Assembly (NCBI GenBank): GCA_022813965.1
Contig: JALDZS010000054.1
Location: forward strand, 1 to 64,000
Origin: Toensbergia leucococca
Lineage: Eukaryota
Length of the DNA stretch: 64,000 nucleotides
Reading direction: 5' to 3'
Both the position numbers and the translations under genes were made by a program. Each line of letters starts with the position of its first letter. The first letter of the stretch is position 1. Below the pieces are notes generated by a model, which searched no databases, was not told where the DNA came from, and saw nothing but the letters and a program-made list of their open reading frames with translations. Shown here piece by piece: positions 1 to 12,080 of this stretch.

Positions 1-1674
1 GCGGATGACAGTACTCCTTTCCAGCAAAAGTTCGAGAAGACATTGCAGGATCAAGGCGTGACCAAGAGCGATATCAAAGATCTCATGACTGCAGTAGCTA
101 AGAAAGAGAAGCAATTAAACAAAGTCACTCCGACCTTTCAATCGCTGGAGGCAGCAACCTTGGAGGCTCTCGATTATCTGTATGGTGAGCCGATCGAAGA
201 CATCAGCTGTGAAACGATCTTCAATCCTCATTACACCGCACAACGCCATAAGATACTGAAGAGCTGTGACATTTGGAATGTAGTTATTCTTTGTCAGTCG
301 TTGCAGCGAATCTGTACAGAATTAAGTGATGAACTTGCTAACGATCCATCCGCGCTCGATGACAATACTAAAGGGACATTCGAAAAAAATCTAGGAAAAA
401 CTATTGACACATTGATGAGATTTAGTCCACTGCTTCTTCTAGCACTCGCCGATAGTAGTGTATCACTGGCTGACGGCACGCGAAATTCTGCTTTCTGGAC
501 TTCGGAAAAGGTTGAAAATGGCGCAAGACTTCTTGATGCATTGAAGAGATTGAAACTTTTCATCATCAAGTATCAGGCGTCTCAGGATAAGTCTACTGGT
601 CAATCAGTAGAGGCGCATCGGTCTTCCAAATCTAGAATCTTCTCGTCAACCGCCGACTCGACTTATTCCAATGTTGACAATTCGGGAACGACATTGTCTT
701 CTTTACAAAGAGACCTAAGCAAATCGTGTTTTGATTTCCGCGATGCTTTTGACAAAGAGTGAGATGGCCCGTCCAAGAGACGTTTATGGATACGGATACT
801 GACATTCCCAATTCCCAGGCTGAGGGAATTCTCAACTTCTAATCCCTATGGTGTGGATCTTGGAGATGAGACCACATTGGGCGTTACGAGGTCGTACTTT
901 CAGAAGTATATAAAAGACGTCAATAGACGCTGGTCGTCATCTTATGAAGCCTCGAGATCTTCTGATGAAACAGATGACGGCACCAAAAAGGTCAGCGTCG
1001 AACAAATCGACAACTTGTTGTATCAATGGCTATTGTCCGTGTTGGGGTTCAATTACTCAACGGGCACTTTACGTCAGCTCAGCAAAGACCTGTGGTTCAA
1101 AGATCCTCTACCGCCGCCGCCACCACCGCCACTTCTTCAATCTCTGTTCCCAACTGCCACAAACTACCTAATGCCCCAGCTTTCTCAGCCTTCTCTGCAG
1201 AACTCTCACATATACAACCCTTACGGTTATAACGCTGCAACTTTTGATGAACAAGTCGCTCAACTCGGTTTGACATCACCCTATACAGTCAGGCAGGCCT
1301 CTAGCTCCTATGGCAATCAGCCGGCCATGATTTCCAATCCTCAACAGGCAACGCCACAAAACCCTTTTGGGTATCAGAGTTTAAGTCCAACCTTTCAGGG
1401 CTATTCAGGTTATGTGCAGCAAAATCAGGCCATACCCTCCATGCAGAGCCAATCTTTCAGCCAGCCCAGCCAAATTACTCACCCTGTACCCGCTATGAAT
1501 CGTACTCAAAGCCCTGCGCCGCCATCTTTGCAGCCATCTCGTCCAACGAGCCAAACCCCAGACCAAACTGGTGGAGCCCTTTCCGCGGCGGATCATTCTC
1601 CCTCCTCGTTGCCTCCGTTGGCCCCGTTACCTTCGTTGTCTCCGTTGCCTCCGTTGCCTCAAGCGCCTACATGA
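1..1674 (+). CDS. Partial (5'-truncated) hypothetical protein; helical N-part, Q/S/P-rich low-complexity C-terminus
   Basis: Frame is open from base 1. Intron 759-818 (GTGAGA...CTGAC...CCCAG, 60 nt) joins ORF 43..762 in frame to ORF 853..1674. No recognised domain. Confidence 0.6.
1603..1660 (+). repeat. About six degenerate 9-bp tandem repeats (CCTCCGTTG-like) encoding PPL/APL/PSL/SPL
   Basis: Directly visible: cctccgttg gccccgtta ccttcgttg tctccgttg cctccgttg. Confidence 0.75.
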
Positions 1675-2657
1675 CGATGAGGGTTGGCCGTTGTGTTTCG
1701 TCTCAGAGTACTTCATGGTATCAGACTTCAGCCAGCATTAACGCCACCATCACGTGATTGCGGAAAGAATAGGCATCAACTACGAGTCGTGGGAAGGTGG
1801 TGGGAAGTTGAGAGAGAAATCTCTCGAGTAGTAATGGTAGTCGCGATCGAGCCATGGTAAGTTTATACAAGTCTCCTAACAAACGCTTGTTGCTGAATCT
1901 TTCTTGACAGCAACGGAATCGACGGCATCAAAAGTTGGGTAGACCCAATCGTGATGATCCTTATATATATGCAGAGACTATCTATTTAGGGAACTTTGAC
2001 TTGGCCTCCAAGATCGAAATGCATGCTCAGGTCCGAAAAGCGAGCTGAACGAGTTCGGATTCTACCAGAATCCTTGCTGTACTACTAAATACACATGTAC
2101 TATTTGCTCAGCTCTCTGCACTCGAGATTACCGTTAAACGCTCAATGCAGGCCTTTGGGTTCTAAGTGATGATTGGATGAGATCCTTCGGACCATCCGTC
2201 CTGCATTTCGGCGAATTGTTTCTTCTACATAAAGGTAAGACAGAAGCTGCCCTAAATTATTTGTTTCCTACTAAAAAACCCCCGGAATCTCAGGCATCAT
2301 TCTGTTGGCTTTTCATGAGAGAGTGGACTTGAAAGCTCATGATTCGGGCTTGTTCTAAAAAGAATTTAATTTACTCATCATCTTGCAGATATATACCCTT
2401 TGTTTACCACCAGTAATTGAATCTTTGAACAAAAGCAGTCACATTATTTTGATAAAAATGTCTTGAATTTTTGTAATTGTTCTTTTACTGTGTTTTGTGA
2501 GACTTTGAAGGGGTGAATGAGTGAGAGGCTGAGAGAGGTGAGAAAGAAGGTGTGTGAAATGATGAGAAGTTTGACAGAATGTTTTATTCCGACACACCTT
2601 CCTACATTGACACCCCCCCACTCCCCCAACCATACCCAATTAGGCATTAGTGAGGCC

Positions 2658-2771
2658 CCGGGCGCATAGGCAGAGAATTATCGTGTGATTTCGCACCACA
2701 TTCACCCGAGTAAATGTAGTGCAAAATCAGGTATGACATCACAATGTTTTTCTCTAAGACTATGCGCCTGA
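2658..2771. repeat. ~115-bp nested inverted repeat / MITE-like palindrome
   Basis: Outer arms ccgggcgcatag (2658-2669) and ctatgcgcctga (2760-2771). Inner arms 2686-2705 and 2710-2729 match 17/20 as reverse complements. Confidence 0.7.
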
Positions 2772-2774
2772 GTT

Positions 2775-3685
2775 CTAGTCTGAGGGTGAGGTTTCAACAT
2801 ACCTGCTATATATTGTGAACTTTCAGTGCTCAGAGCTTGTCTATGATGCAATCAGATGACATCTCTTTTTGACTGATTGAGTTTACATACTCTTTAGTAT
2901 ACACTTTACTTCATTTCTATCAAGGATTCTTCTCTCTGATAAATTTAGTTTATATAGATGAGCTGCTTGCTATACTCTCTCAGAATTGCAGTGATTTGAT
3001 TAAAAAGTGTGTCATAACTCTAGATTGAGTGTGTTCAGACACTGCTGTGTATGTTGTGTTTTACAATTTTGACTTCTTTAACCTTGTTAATATTTGTAAC
3101 TATATCTATGTTCTATTGTAGTGTTTATCTTGTCTGTTATTATCATTATGATAATATCTCAATAGTGTGCTAAAAGAGAATTTTTGCTAATTACTTCTAC
3201 TCTAATATGTATTACTAAAAAAGATGTGTGAAAATTTTGTTGTGTACAAGCTGAGAGTGTTTATTTAAAATGTGAAAACACATGCATCAGATGAAGTCAA
3301 TGATGAGTAGCACTCTTAGTAATTTATACACTCTTGATTCAATGTGCTTAATAGTGCATTGTGTGAAGTGTTCACTTTGCAATAGTTTTATTCTGAAAGT
3401 CTTATTATTATTTATTTGATCATCATCAAATTGCGCATTCTAGACTTGATCATGTGTAAAGAATTAAGATGATATTTTTCTTGTGTCAAGACTTTGTTCT
3501 GATGCTTTTGATCATTAACTCATCAAATGTCTTCATTAAAGAACTTAATCAAGCTGATAAGAACTTGTTTTCAAACAGTGACGCTGCTTATACTGAAGTC
3601 TATGTATTGTTGCTCAGATGAAGTGAAGACAATCTCAGTGATAAGACTGAATTATCTCTTCTAGAATGTGTCTTGAAGTGTAGGG
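2775..3685. mobile_element. AT-rich, CpG-depleted degenerate repeat relic (RIP-like)
   Basis: Abrupt AT enrichment, almost no CpG, many TGA/TCA/TGTG, no ORF. It abuts an LTR-like end at 3687-3828. Confidence 0.6.
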
Positions 3686-3686
3686 G

Positions 3687-3828
3687 TTCTTCTGATGGTT
3701 GGTGATAATCCCTTGTTTTGTGCCTGGCTCGTGATGATTCTAGAAGCCTTAGGGGCGAATATCTAGGTTGTGGGCCGAAGCAATGATGATCTGACCTGGG
3801 ACAAGGAACCTAAGCTAGAACCGTGACA
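3687..3828 (-). repeat. LTR-like terminal sequence, copy 1
   Basis: Direct repeat of 6331-6454 (ttcttctgRtggttggtRataat ... aggggcgaatatctaggttgtgggccgRagcaatgatgatcYgacc ... caaggaacctaa ... gtgaca). It begins TGTCAC on the minus strand. Confidence 0.7.
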
Positions 3829-3996
3829 ACATGCCCACTGAAGAGAGAAAGCCATCGCCCTCGATGGCACTAGGCCATAGGTCATGGCCTCATGCCTCCT
3901 CCATGGTATGACTACCTAGCCCTCCACCAATTATGACCCCCTCCTTCATGCCCTAGCTCATGCCCGTGTCGCCTTGCGAACACGTCTATTCTACCT

Positions 3997-5680
3997 TCAT
4001 AGTCCATACTCAGGGCGTTGGCGGTGGCGATACACCTTCATGTGACGATGTAGAGCGTTGTTGGAATGGAAAGAGGCGTTGCAACGTCTGCAAGTAGGTG
4101 ATAATGAGAAAACTCCATGGTAAGATGGAAGCTCGCGTGATTCAGAATAGTTCGGGTGCATGTGGCACGGCAGGGAATCATGCGATTCGGCATGCAATTT
4201 CCGGGCAAATCCCTGAGGGCATGTAGGTGACTTATGGGTTGTAAATTCGAACGATTTGGGGCGTGTATAATGTGTCGGGGACTGATGCAATTCAGTATGT
4301 GGATAACCCACCTTTTCTCCATGAGATATTTTCAATTTGGTAAGTGGATAGCCTCGAACCGTATATGCATGGAAGGATACCGGCATGCGACCTGGTGAGG
4401 TGAACGAAATGGGAACGTTGATACCCCCAATTTGCATGATCTTCCCTCCTAGCCAAAGGGCTATGTCTTCCTCTTCCTTACCTAGCTCATCCATACCTAG
4501 GAGGACACCGGCCTGAATATCCGTGGCGACATACGCTTTTGTATGCATGATTATCGTAGCTCCGTCAGATGCTGAGATGTATAGAGGTAGATCAACATAA
4601 CGATCCACAACTTTCTGACCACTAACCCCCCTGACTGTGATAGGATGAGTCTTCTGCGCGATCACATCCTTTGGTATTAGCTCAGCGTCAATGAAGGTGG
4701 CTATGCTACTAATATTAACAAAAATTGAATGAGTGTTATCCTCCTGATCCTTGAAGAGACGAGCTTGCATCGTGGCGTATCCTCATTCCGGAGGGGGGGC
4801 TTTGATAATCACCACATCCTGAACTACATGCTCATGATAATCCGCGAAGCTCTTTTGCCCCATACTAGTAGGAGACTCGGTATCCATGCCATGCAAATCA
4901 AGCATGTGCTGTTCTAATTCCGGGACATTGGTAAAGGTACAGTTGCAGATACCACAGGTGGCAGGTGGTAGGTCGTACCGGTAGTATTCGGAGTCATTTA
5001 AGTAAACATGACGGTATGGATAGTATTCCTCTTCTTCGGGTTCCTCAGGATCCTCGGTGGATTGGTCATGAGGTTCCATTGTTTCAGCATGATAGGCCGC
5101 ATCAGCGATCTGCTTAGGTGGGGCCGTGGAACAACCGGTATTGTAGGTAGATTTGGATGCATTCGGTAGAATGATGTTCAATAGAACCAAAATGGATTGG
5201 GTGAGTGGCCGAAGATCTCAGCGGGATTTTGCTGGTAAACGGATGAAGATTCCACACCGGAGTAGGCTGAATGGTATGCATCGGCTGAGTAGGAGAGCAC
5301 TGAGGGTTTCCGCTGATGAGATCGGTGTGATCCCCACTAGGTCTCTTTGAATTCGAGGCCATATGCGTTATTTCTTTCTGAACAGGTAAGGTATTAAGAC
5401 GATTCTGAATGGTGGTGAGTTTCTCCTCCATGGAAGAGGTATTATCGTGCATGGTATCCCGTAGAGTATCCAATTGTCGTTCCATTCCATCAAAGCGTTG
5501 ATCAACCCTATTGAAACGCCCAATGGTCTCCTCTTTGTGTGCCTCCAACTGAATCAGACGTCCATTTAGCTGATGATAGGACTCATCGAGACGAATATCC
5601 GTGCGTTTCTCAAAATTAATCTCATTTTCCTGGACATGCTTGAGTCCGGCTATTGCTTCCTCATTCTTATACTCATTCAT
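3997..5680 (-). mobile_element. Frameshifted gag/protease-like retroelement polyprotein remnant (coiled-coil, C2H2 finger, retropepsin-like domain, second C2H2); no RT/RNase H/integrase seen
   Basis: ORF 5114..5680 has heptad-like FNRVDQRFDGMERQLDTL. ORF 4783..5190 has CGICNCTF..LEQHMLDLH. ORF 3997..4770 has ITVRGVSG, VLLGMD and CRRCNASFHSNNALHRHM. The ORFs lie between two LTR-like ends. Confidence 0.6.
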
Positions 5681-6330
5681 AGCGAAAAGATGAGATACCC
5701 TGTGTTCCTGGGGCGCATTAGGAGGTGGTGAGGGGGGAGGTTGCAGGCCCTCAAGGAGAGATTCTCATACCGTGTACTTCTGTCGCTGAGGTGAGAATTG
5801 TGATAAAGGATTCAGAATTTAAGGATATTGAGGTTGCTAAGGTGGCGATTCATACTGTTGGGCACCGGAATGCTAAGAATGGGAGGAGGGCATATCTGGT
5901 AATGACGACGGTTAGTCCATGTGTAAATCCTCCAGACGATTGGTTGCATCCTGATCCTGATCGCCTCGATGTAAACTAGCGTTCGGTCCAAGTGGTCTGG
6001 ATCGATCCATGGCAGGGTGTACGGTAAGGAAGGAATGAAATGAGAAGAATCGCCTGAAGAGCGATCAAGAGAAAAACTGAGTATGTATGTTATCGTCGCA
6101 ATTGACGACCTAATTTGTAGACAAATGAAATGACTAGGGAAAACTGATCAGAATGACTGATGCCTTGGTGTATCGATGAAAAAAAATTCTGAATTCTGGG
6201 CTAATTCCCTGGTCTTCAGTGACGGCGAGGGCTTCGGCCTCTCTGCTAGTGACGAGGTTATCCTGGATGCTAATGAGTGGCGATAGGAGCCACTCGATCG
6301 AATCTATGCTGTTGCTACCAATTTTAAGGA

Positions 6331-6454
6331 TTCTTCTGGTGGTTGGTAATAATGCCTTGTTCTGTAGGTGCCTCAGGGGCGAATATCTAGGTTGTGGGCC
6401 GGAGCAATGATGATCCGACCCGGGGGCAAGGAACCTAATCTAAGAACTGTGACA
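6331..6454 (-). repeat. LTR-like terminal sequence, copy 2 (full LTR possibly 6088-6454, TGT...ACA termini)
   Basis: Direct repeat of 3687-3828; ends gtgaca at 6454. TGTTAT at 6088 is a candidate opposite terminus. Confidence 0.65.
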
Positions 6455-6878
6455 TGAAGCGTCAATTCAAGTTTAATGTTGAAACATGGAACATACCAGG
6501 TGTCCACCCAACGCCTGAGCTGCAGTGAGAGCTATATGATTTTCAGTTTGAACATCAAAGCGAGAATGAGCTACTTCTAGTGTATTATGGTAGGCATGGG
6601 GAGTATGACCGCCGTGGGCATAGCACATGGCGCGCGTAAGTGACTTGTCTGAAAAATGGAGAGGGAGGATATCAGTACTGACATGGCTACAGAAATTGAC
6701 GAGATGACAGTTCAAACTTAATCTGGTCTTCACTTTAACATTTCCAAGGAACAGATATTATATGATATACACAGGTAAATTATTAAGTATACTTAGTTCC
6801 GCACCAGCTCTTTACATAGATACTATCACAACCGGGGCTTCTTCATATTGTGTTCCAATTCTGCTATCATATTGTTGT

Positions 6879-9800
6879 TCAAGATTCTAAGTCTTGTAGA
6901 GCAGCGATAGTTTGCCAATGACTTGCTCCTATAGTTTTTGAGCGCAACTTCACCACGTTCCTCATTAACTCAATTGCTTCATTGTTACGATCCTGAGCCT
7001 TGTAGGTATGTGCCAGATTTTTCATGCTGATTAAGGTGTTTGGATGCTCCACTCCTAATAGCCTCTTCCTTGTTTCTATCACTTGCATATTCAGCTTCTC
7101 TGCCTCCGTCAACCGACCTTGATTCCCGTATATGGTGGCCAGATTATTCATGCTGATTAGGGTGTCTGGATGCTCTGCTCCTAGTGCCCTCTTCTGTGTC
7201 TCTATCACTTGCATATTCAGCTTCTCTGCCTCCATCCACCGACCTTGATTTATGTATGTTGTGGCCAGATTATTCATGCTGGTTAGGGTGTCTGGATGCT
7301 CTGCTCCTAGTACCCTCTTCTGTGTCTCTATCACTTGCATATTCAGCTTCTCTGCCTCCATCCACCGACCTTGATTTATGTATGTTGTGGCCAGATTGTT
7401 CATGCTGCGTAGGGTGTTTGGATGCTCCACTCCTAATAGCCTCTTCCTTGTCTCTATCACTTGCATATTCAGCTTCTCTGCCTCCATCCACCGACCTTGA
7501 TTTATGTATGTTGTGGCCAGATTGTTCATGCTGCGTAGGGTGTTTGGATGCTCCACTCCTAGTACCCTCTTCAATGTCTCCATCACTTGCATATCCAGCT
7601 TCTCTGCTTCAGCCCACCGGCCAGCTTCATAGAGTACCAATGAGAATACTGGTAGTTCTCCCACCGTAGGTTTACTGGAAGATGGTTGGATATAATTCCG
7701 CAAAGTAATAATGTGCGGCAGCAGAATTCGACGAAATGTATAATCGTCACTCTGAAATCTCCACTTGACAGAGTTCGCCAATGTAGCTTGAGCAACGCTT
7801 AGAAAATCTTGTTTGTCTTTTACGCTTAGACGGTCATAAGCCCACCCATGAACTAGACGGTGCATTGAAAAGCACTGAAAAGATCTGTCACGGCTTAAAA
7901 GAGAATAAGACAGTAACAACTCAATCCCTTGCCGGAAGATATAACTATCCCAGGTACCATTTGGATTAAGACTTAGTAAATCTTGAGGAAGATGAAGACC
8001 TTCATCAAGCCCGTAGCCAGACAATTTGCTTGGGTTTTCAGCTGCAAATTTGAAGATGTTTTCCATAATATTTTCGTAGTGAAAGAAGGCAAAGATTTTC
8101 AAGATCTGAAGCGCGGCCCCTGCTCCTTTATTGACCGACACCCCACTTACTACGGTATCAGCCAACTTGCCAATTGCACTATAAGAAAGATCCCAGGTAG
8201 TGTAAACTGCCCGATCATAGCTGGAAGCTCCTCTATAAGCTTCATTGCTTAGCAGTTCCTGGCGATGAAATCGAAATGTTCCAAGGAAGTCTTGAACAGT
8301 ACATTGGCCATTTGCAATATAAGCCCCTGCTTGATCAATTGCCAGAGCTAGAAACCCTAGCTCTTTTGTGATGGATGATGCTTCACTCTGGTATGTATCC
8401 CTCAAATTATCAAGTCGAGTAGCTTTCAAGAACAACGTAACCGCTTCATCCTCAGTCATTTCATCAACTTTGAAGGTGTGACTGATAGGAAGTCTTCGAA
8501 GCATGTGATTTCTGCTGGTATAAAGAACATTCCCTTGATCACCCGGCGGCCAAAGGCTACGAATAGCATTTATGTCGTCGGCGCCGTCAAAGAGCAGCAG
8601 CCATTCACTTTCAAGTGACTCTAACTGTTGCAATGCAACTTGCAATGAGCACTGCTGATCAAGATCTACATTGATTCTTGAGGCAATATCTTTATAACCT
8701 TGTTCTAGTGTATCTGTGCTGCTCGCATCTATCCAGAAGACGGATTGGAATCTGAAAGTAGTTAGAAAAAAATAGTAACTAATCCAGTCTGCATTTTTGA
8801 ATACATAGGGAGTGAGGAAAGTACCTTGTTTTACAACGTTCTGCAAATTTCAGAGCAAGCTGTGTTTTCCCAGCACCTCCCATACCATGAAGCAGAAACT
8901 CACGCCTTGAGTGATGACCAGGTGTACGGGCCTCAAAAAAGCTCTCTAGTTTGTTGAGAATCTCAATACGCCCAGTGAATAGTGCACTAGAAAGAGGTTG
9001 GCGCTTTATTGACAGCCTACACTGAGGATCTGGAGCTGATCCAGGCAAGACACCGCCTGTTCTGCAATTAGATTTACTTTCATCATCTGACTGCAAGGTT
9101 CTAAGGATAAACACAGTCGGAAGATTCAACATGAAAGGACAGATTGAAGGTCAAACTAACTTAATGATTGCAATGTGACATTAGGTACTTGAGCCTCTCT
9201 TGGTTGACAAAGAATCTTTACAACCGCGTCAATCGCTTGAGAAACGCTAATCTCTTCCATATAAGCCTTTGTGTGTGTCTCCACCTCTTTCATTTTCTCC
9301 CACTCTTCCAAGGAAATCTCTCCAGCACCGTGCGTTACATTGAATCGAAAGTAGTGATTTGGCGTGTCCTTGAACAGTAGGGCAAGTGTGTGCGCAGTTT
9401 CTTCGCAATTTGTGACAATTCTTTTTAGCACTGAAATCAATCCCACAGGAAGCCATTTTTGAAAGCCATCCGGTTTTGAGAAACCGATTATACCAGGATG
9501 GCCGGTTCCAATACTAACGAGACATCCAAGTGTTGAGGTATCACCAAAGACGGATCGAGCTTCATGGATAACCTGAGAGGCAGGGTTGTTGAATCGCATT
9601 CCACCATCAAGGAAATCCTCTTGAGCACGACCATCCTCTCCTATCTTGATTCGCTTGAAGAAAGTGGGAGCTGCTGTCGTAGCCCTAGCTGCTTCCCAGA
9701 TCATACAATTAAAACTTGCATTCTCTCGGACTTGATACGTCCGAAAGTGCCGCGGATGTGCCATATTCTCCGCAGGAATAGCGCATACAAAAGCATTTCC

Positions 9801-10292
9801 AGTACGATTATCGTTCATATCCCTTAGCATACGATCCCCAAGGTGTCTTTCCGTGACAACCTCTTTGACTTTCCTTTCCAGTGTGCTTGCTTTGAAGGCT
9901 CCTTCTTTGTATGGTTCCTTTTTGTTCTTCTTCGAGAAGATTGCGCTGGCAATGGAATTATATTCTTTCAAGGCTTCCTCGGTGGTCATTTGAAGTCGAC
10001 CAAGCATGAGGGCGATAAGGCTAGACAGTTATCAGCGAGGCACGATAAACCCGCTTTGTCAGTGAACAATCACCCTCCAGTGCTTGTGCCTCCAATCAGG
10101 TGGAAGAAGTCGCATGGTCGTGGAAGTTCAGCAAGCTTTTTATCAAACTGGACTCGCTTCATCATCTCGTGTAGAATGAGAAGCTCCGACACACCGCGGA
10201 TGCCTCCGCCATCTATTCAACCAATAAGCATAGGGTAAAAGATACCGATAGAGGGCTGTAAGACCTAAGGCAAGGAGATTTACAGGCTCCAT
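6879..10292 (-). CDS. Fungal NLR: patatin-like phospholipase - NB-ARC - TPR (PLP-1-like architecture)
   Basis: ATG 10292 MEPVNLLAL; intron 10213-10264; DGGGIRG...GGTSTGG; intron 10021-10073; FLDGG motif. Intron near 9160-9090 (exact ends unresolved). P-loop GMGGAGKT; intron ~8752-8822; Walker B WLLLFDGADD, GFLALAI, MHRLVH; six 42-aa TPRs. Confidence 0.92.
6987..7616 (-). repeat. Five highly similar 126-bp tandem repeats (42-aa TPR units)
   Basis: Units W(M/A)EAEKLNMQVIET.KR.LG.EHP.TL.SMNNLAT.Y.NQGR, near-identical at DNA level. Confidence 0.95.
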
Positions 10293-10752
10293 TGCGGCGA
10301 GTTCTTTATCAGTACGGACGTCATACGATTTGAAAGCTGATTCAAATACTGTTCAGTAGTAGAAGGAAAGGATAGAAAATAAAAGAAAATAAAAACAAGA
10401 TGTCAAAAGCAGACTTGTCTAAGCGCCAGCCTTGACCTTCTACTGTATTAAATATAGCTTTGGTGATACGGCTGAGCCGCCCCGCAGCAAGGCCACCATT
10501 TCCCCGCTCAATATGTAGTTCTTTTCAGCAAAGGCTTCCAAGTACGAACATACGACCTGAGCGACCAAGAATGGGGTCGACGCATTCATCTTATCGCTCC
10601 CATTCTGTCCTGTATCCTCACTTCAGACGTTGATAATTGTGGTGAGCTCATGCTTTGCACAAGCTAGGTAAACAAGGAAGTCGTGCTTTCAAGCCGCGTG
10701 ACATGGACATAAATGCATGTAGATGATACTCCTTCACCCCTCAACAACTATC

Positions 10753-11534
10753 TCACGGCCCGAAGATGGATATGTTCCCAATGAATGGGCCCTGCAGTAT
10801 TCAGTTCAGATTACACACACGCAAAGGAGAAAGAAAGACCAATGAAGTCATACCATATACACGAGGGTCCTGGCATTGATTCTCCACTGTCCTGTCACGT
10901 CGTTCTTGACCCATGCGTCCTGGTACTGGCCATAGCCATAGAGGACCTTTTGATACACAATCAACAGTATCAGCCACCTGCTTCAAGCCAAAGCAACTCC
11001 CTCAGATTGGTCCAGCAGGGAAAGTCATCATACCTCGCCATAGAAATCCCGCGTTCCAAAGTGACTCGCAGTATAATAAGTCAAACTCCTCGCCTCGCAC
11101 GCACCAGGCCGCACGTCGATAATCTGCGTCCCTAACAGATGCTGCGTGGTCACGGGACGCAAGCTCTCGTTCAGCGCTGTGATCACATTCGCCAGTGGCG
11201 TCAGGACATTCAGCGGAGGAGAGTAATTCGCAACCACATCTGGTGTGAATACTAGATCTAGAGCTGCAAAGTTTTTACCGTCGATTGCCAAGGGGTAAAG
11301 GGAAAGGGTGTCTCGGATCTGCAGCTCGGCGGTCAGATCCTGGTGGAGGAGGGCGGCTGAGTAGGATGGTGCGAGAGAGAAGGCATCGGTTGTGCTAGTG
11401 AGATTGGGAGAGAGTTTAGGATTGGAAGGACAGCTGTTGCTGAGGGCGCGGGCTCGACTGATCAAGGTGGTACATGTGAGTAGCAACAAGAGCAGGGAGA
11501 CGCAAGATAATGAGGTGGGGAACAAGAGACGCAT
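10753..11534 (-). CDS. Secreted SnoaL-like/NTF2-fold protein
   Basis: Hydrophobic signal peptide; QIRDTLSLYPLAIDGKNF..L..VFTPD; TQHLLGTQIID. Two introns give VLYGYGQYQDAWVK...WRINARTLVYM and GPFIGNISIFGP*. Confidence 0.85.
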
Positions 11535-12080
11535 GATTGAGGCTCTCGTAAATAAATACGGAAAGGATTCTCCAGAAATTTAAATTGCAGTTACTGTAGA
11601 CGAGAACAAAAAAGTCGAGGCTGTAGATGGCTGGGTGCGATTGAGTGTCATTTGCGTAATTGGTAGGGGTTAAAGCCGTCTTTTCAAGCTGGACGATCCG
11701 GAATAGTCTCCCGCACGAGGTGTAGATGGCTGTAATTACATCACGCTTCGCTCGCTGCAATGAGAAGGGATAGATATTCGATTATTCCATCATCCCCAAG
11801 GCAAAAAACAAGAACACTCATAAGGAGGAAATAAAAAGGCAGGGAGGGGATTAGGTAAACCCACTAAAAAGTACCACCTCCATCTAGAATATTCAAATAA
11901 TCCGTGAACCAATGGAAAATTGAAAGAAACACCCCCAAATGTACACGCTCATATCATCCGTCGGCAATAATTGCCTGCTCGCTCAACCAGAATAGGACCA
12001 AAAAAACCAAGTACCACCACGCTTCATAACGCCAAGACGCCTCCTATACCCCTGGTCAAGAACACACTCTCATTGAAGAA

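Noticed and set aside
1000..1674. Amyloid signalling motif partner for the NLR
   Set aside because: No recognisable HET-s/PP/sigma motif, and the NLR carries its own patatin effector.
6867..6881. NLR stop TGA as a premature TGG>TGA mutation
   Set aside because: Another stop follows within four codons, so any effect is negligible.
6987..7616. Regular repeats as a CRISPR-like array, and antisense ORF 7184..7669 as a gene
   Set aside because: The repeats are contiguous coding TPR units with no spacers, in a eukaryote. The antisense ORF is a shadow of the repeats.
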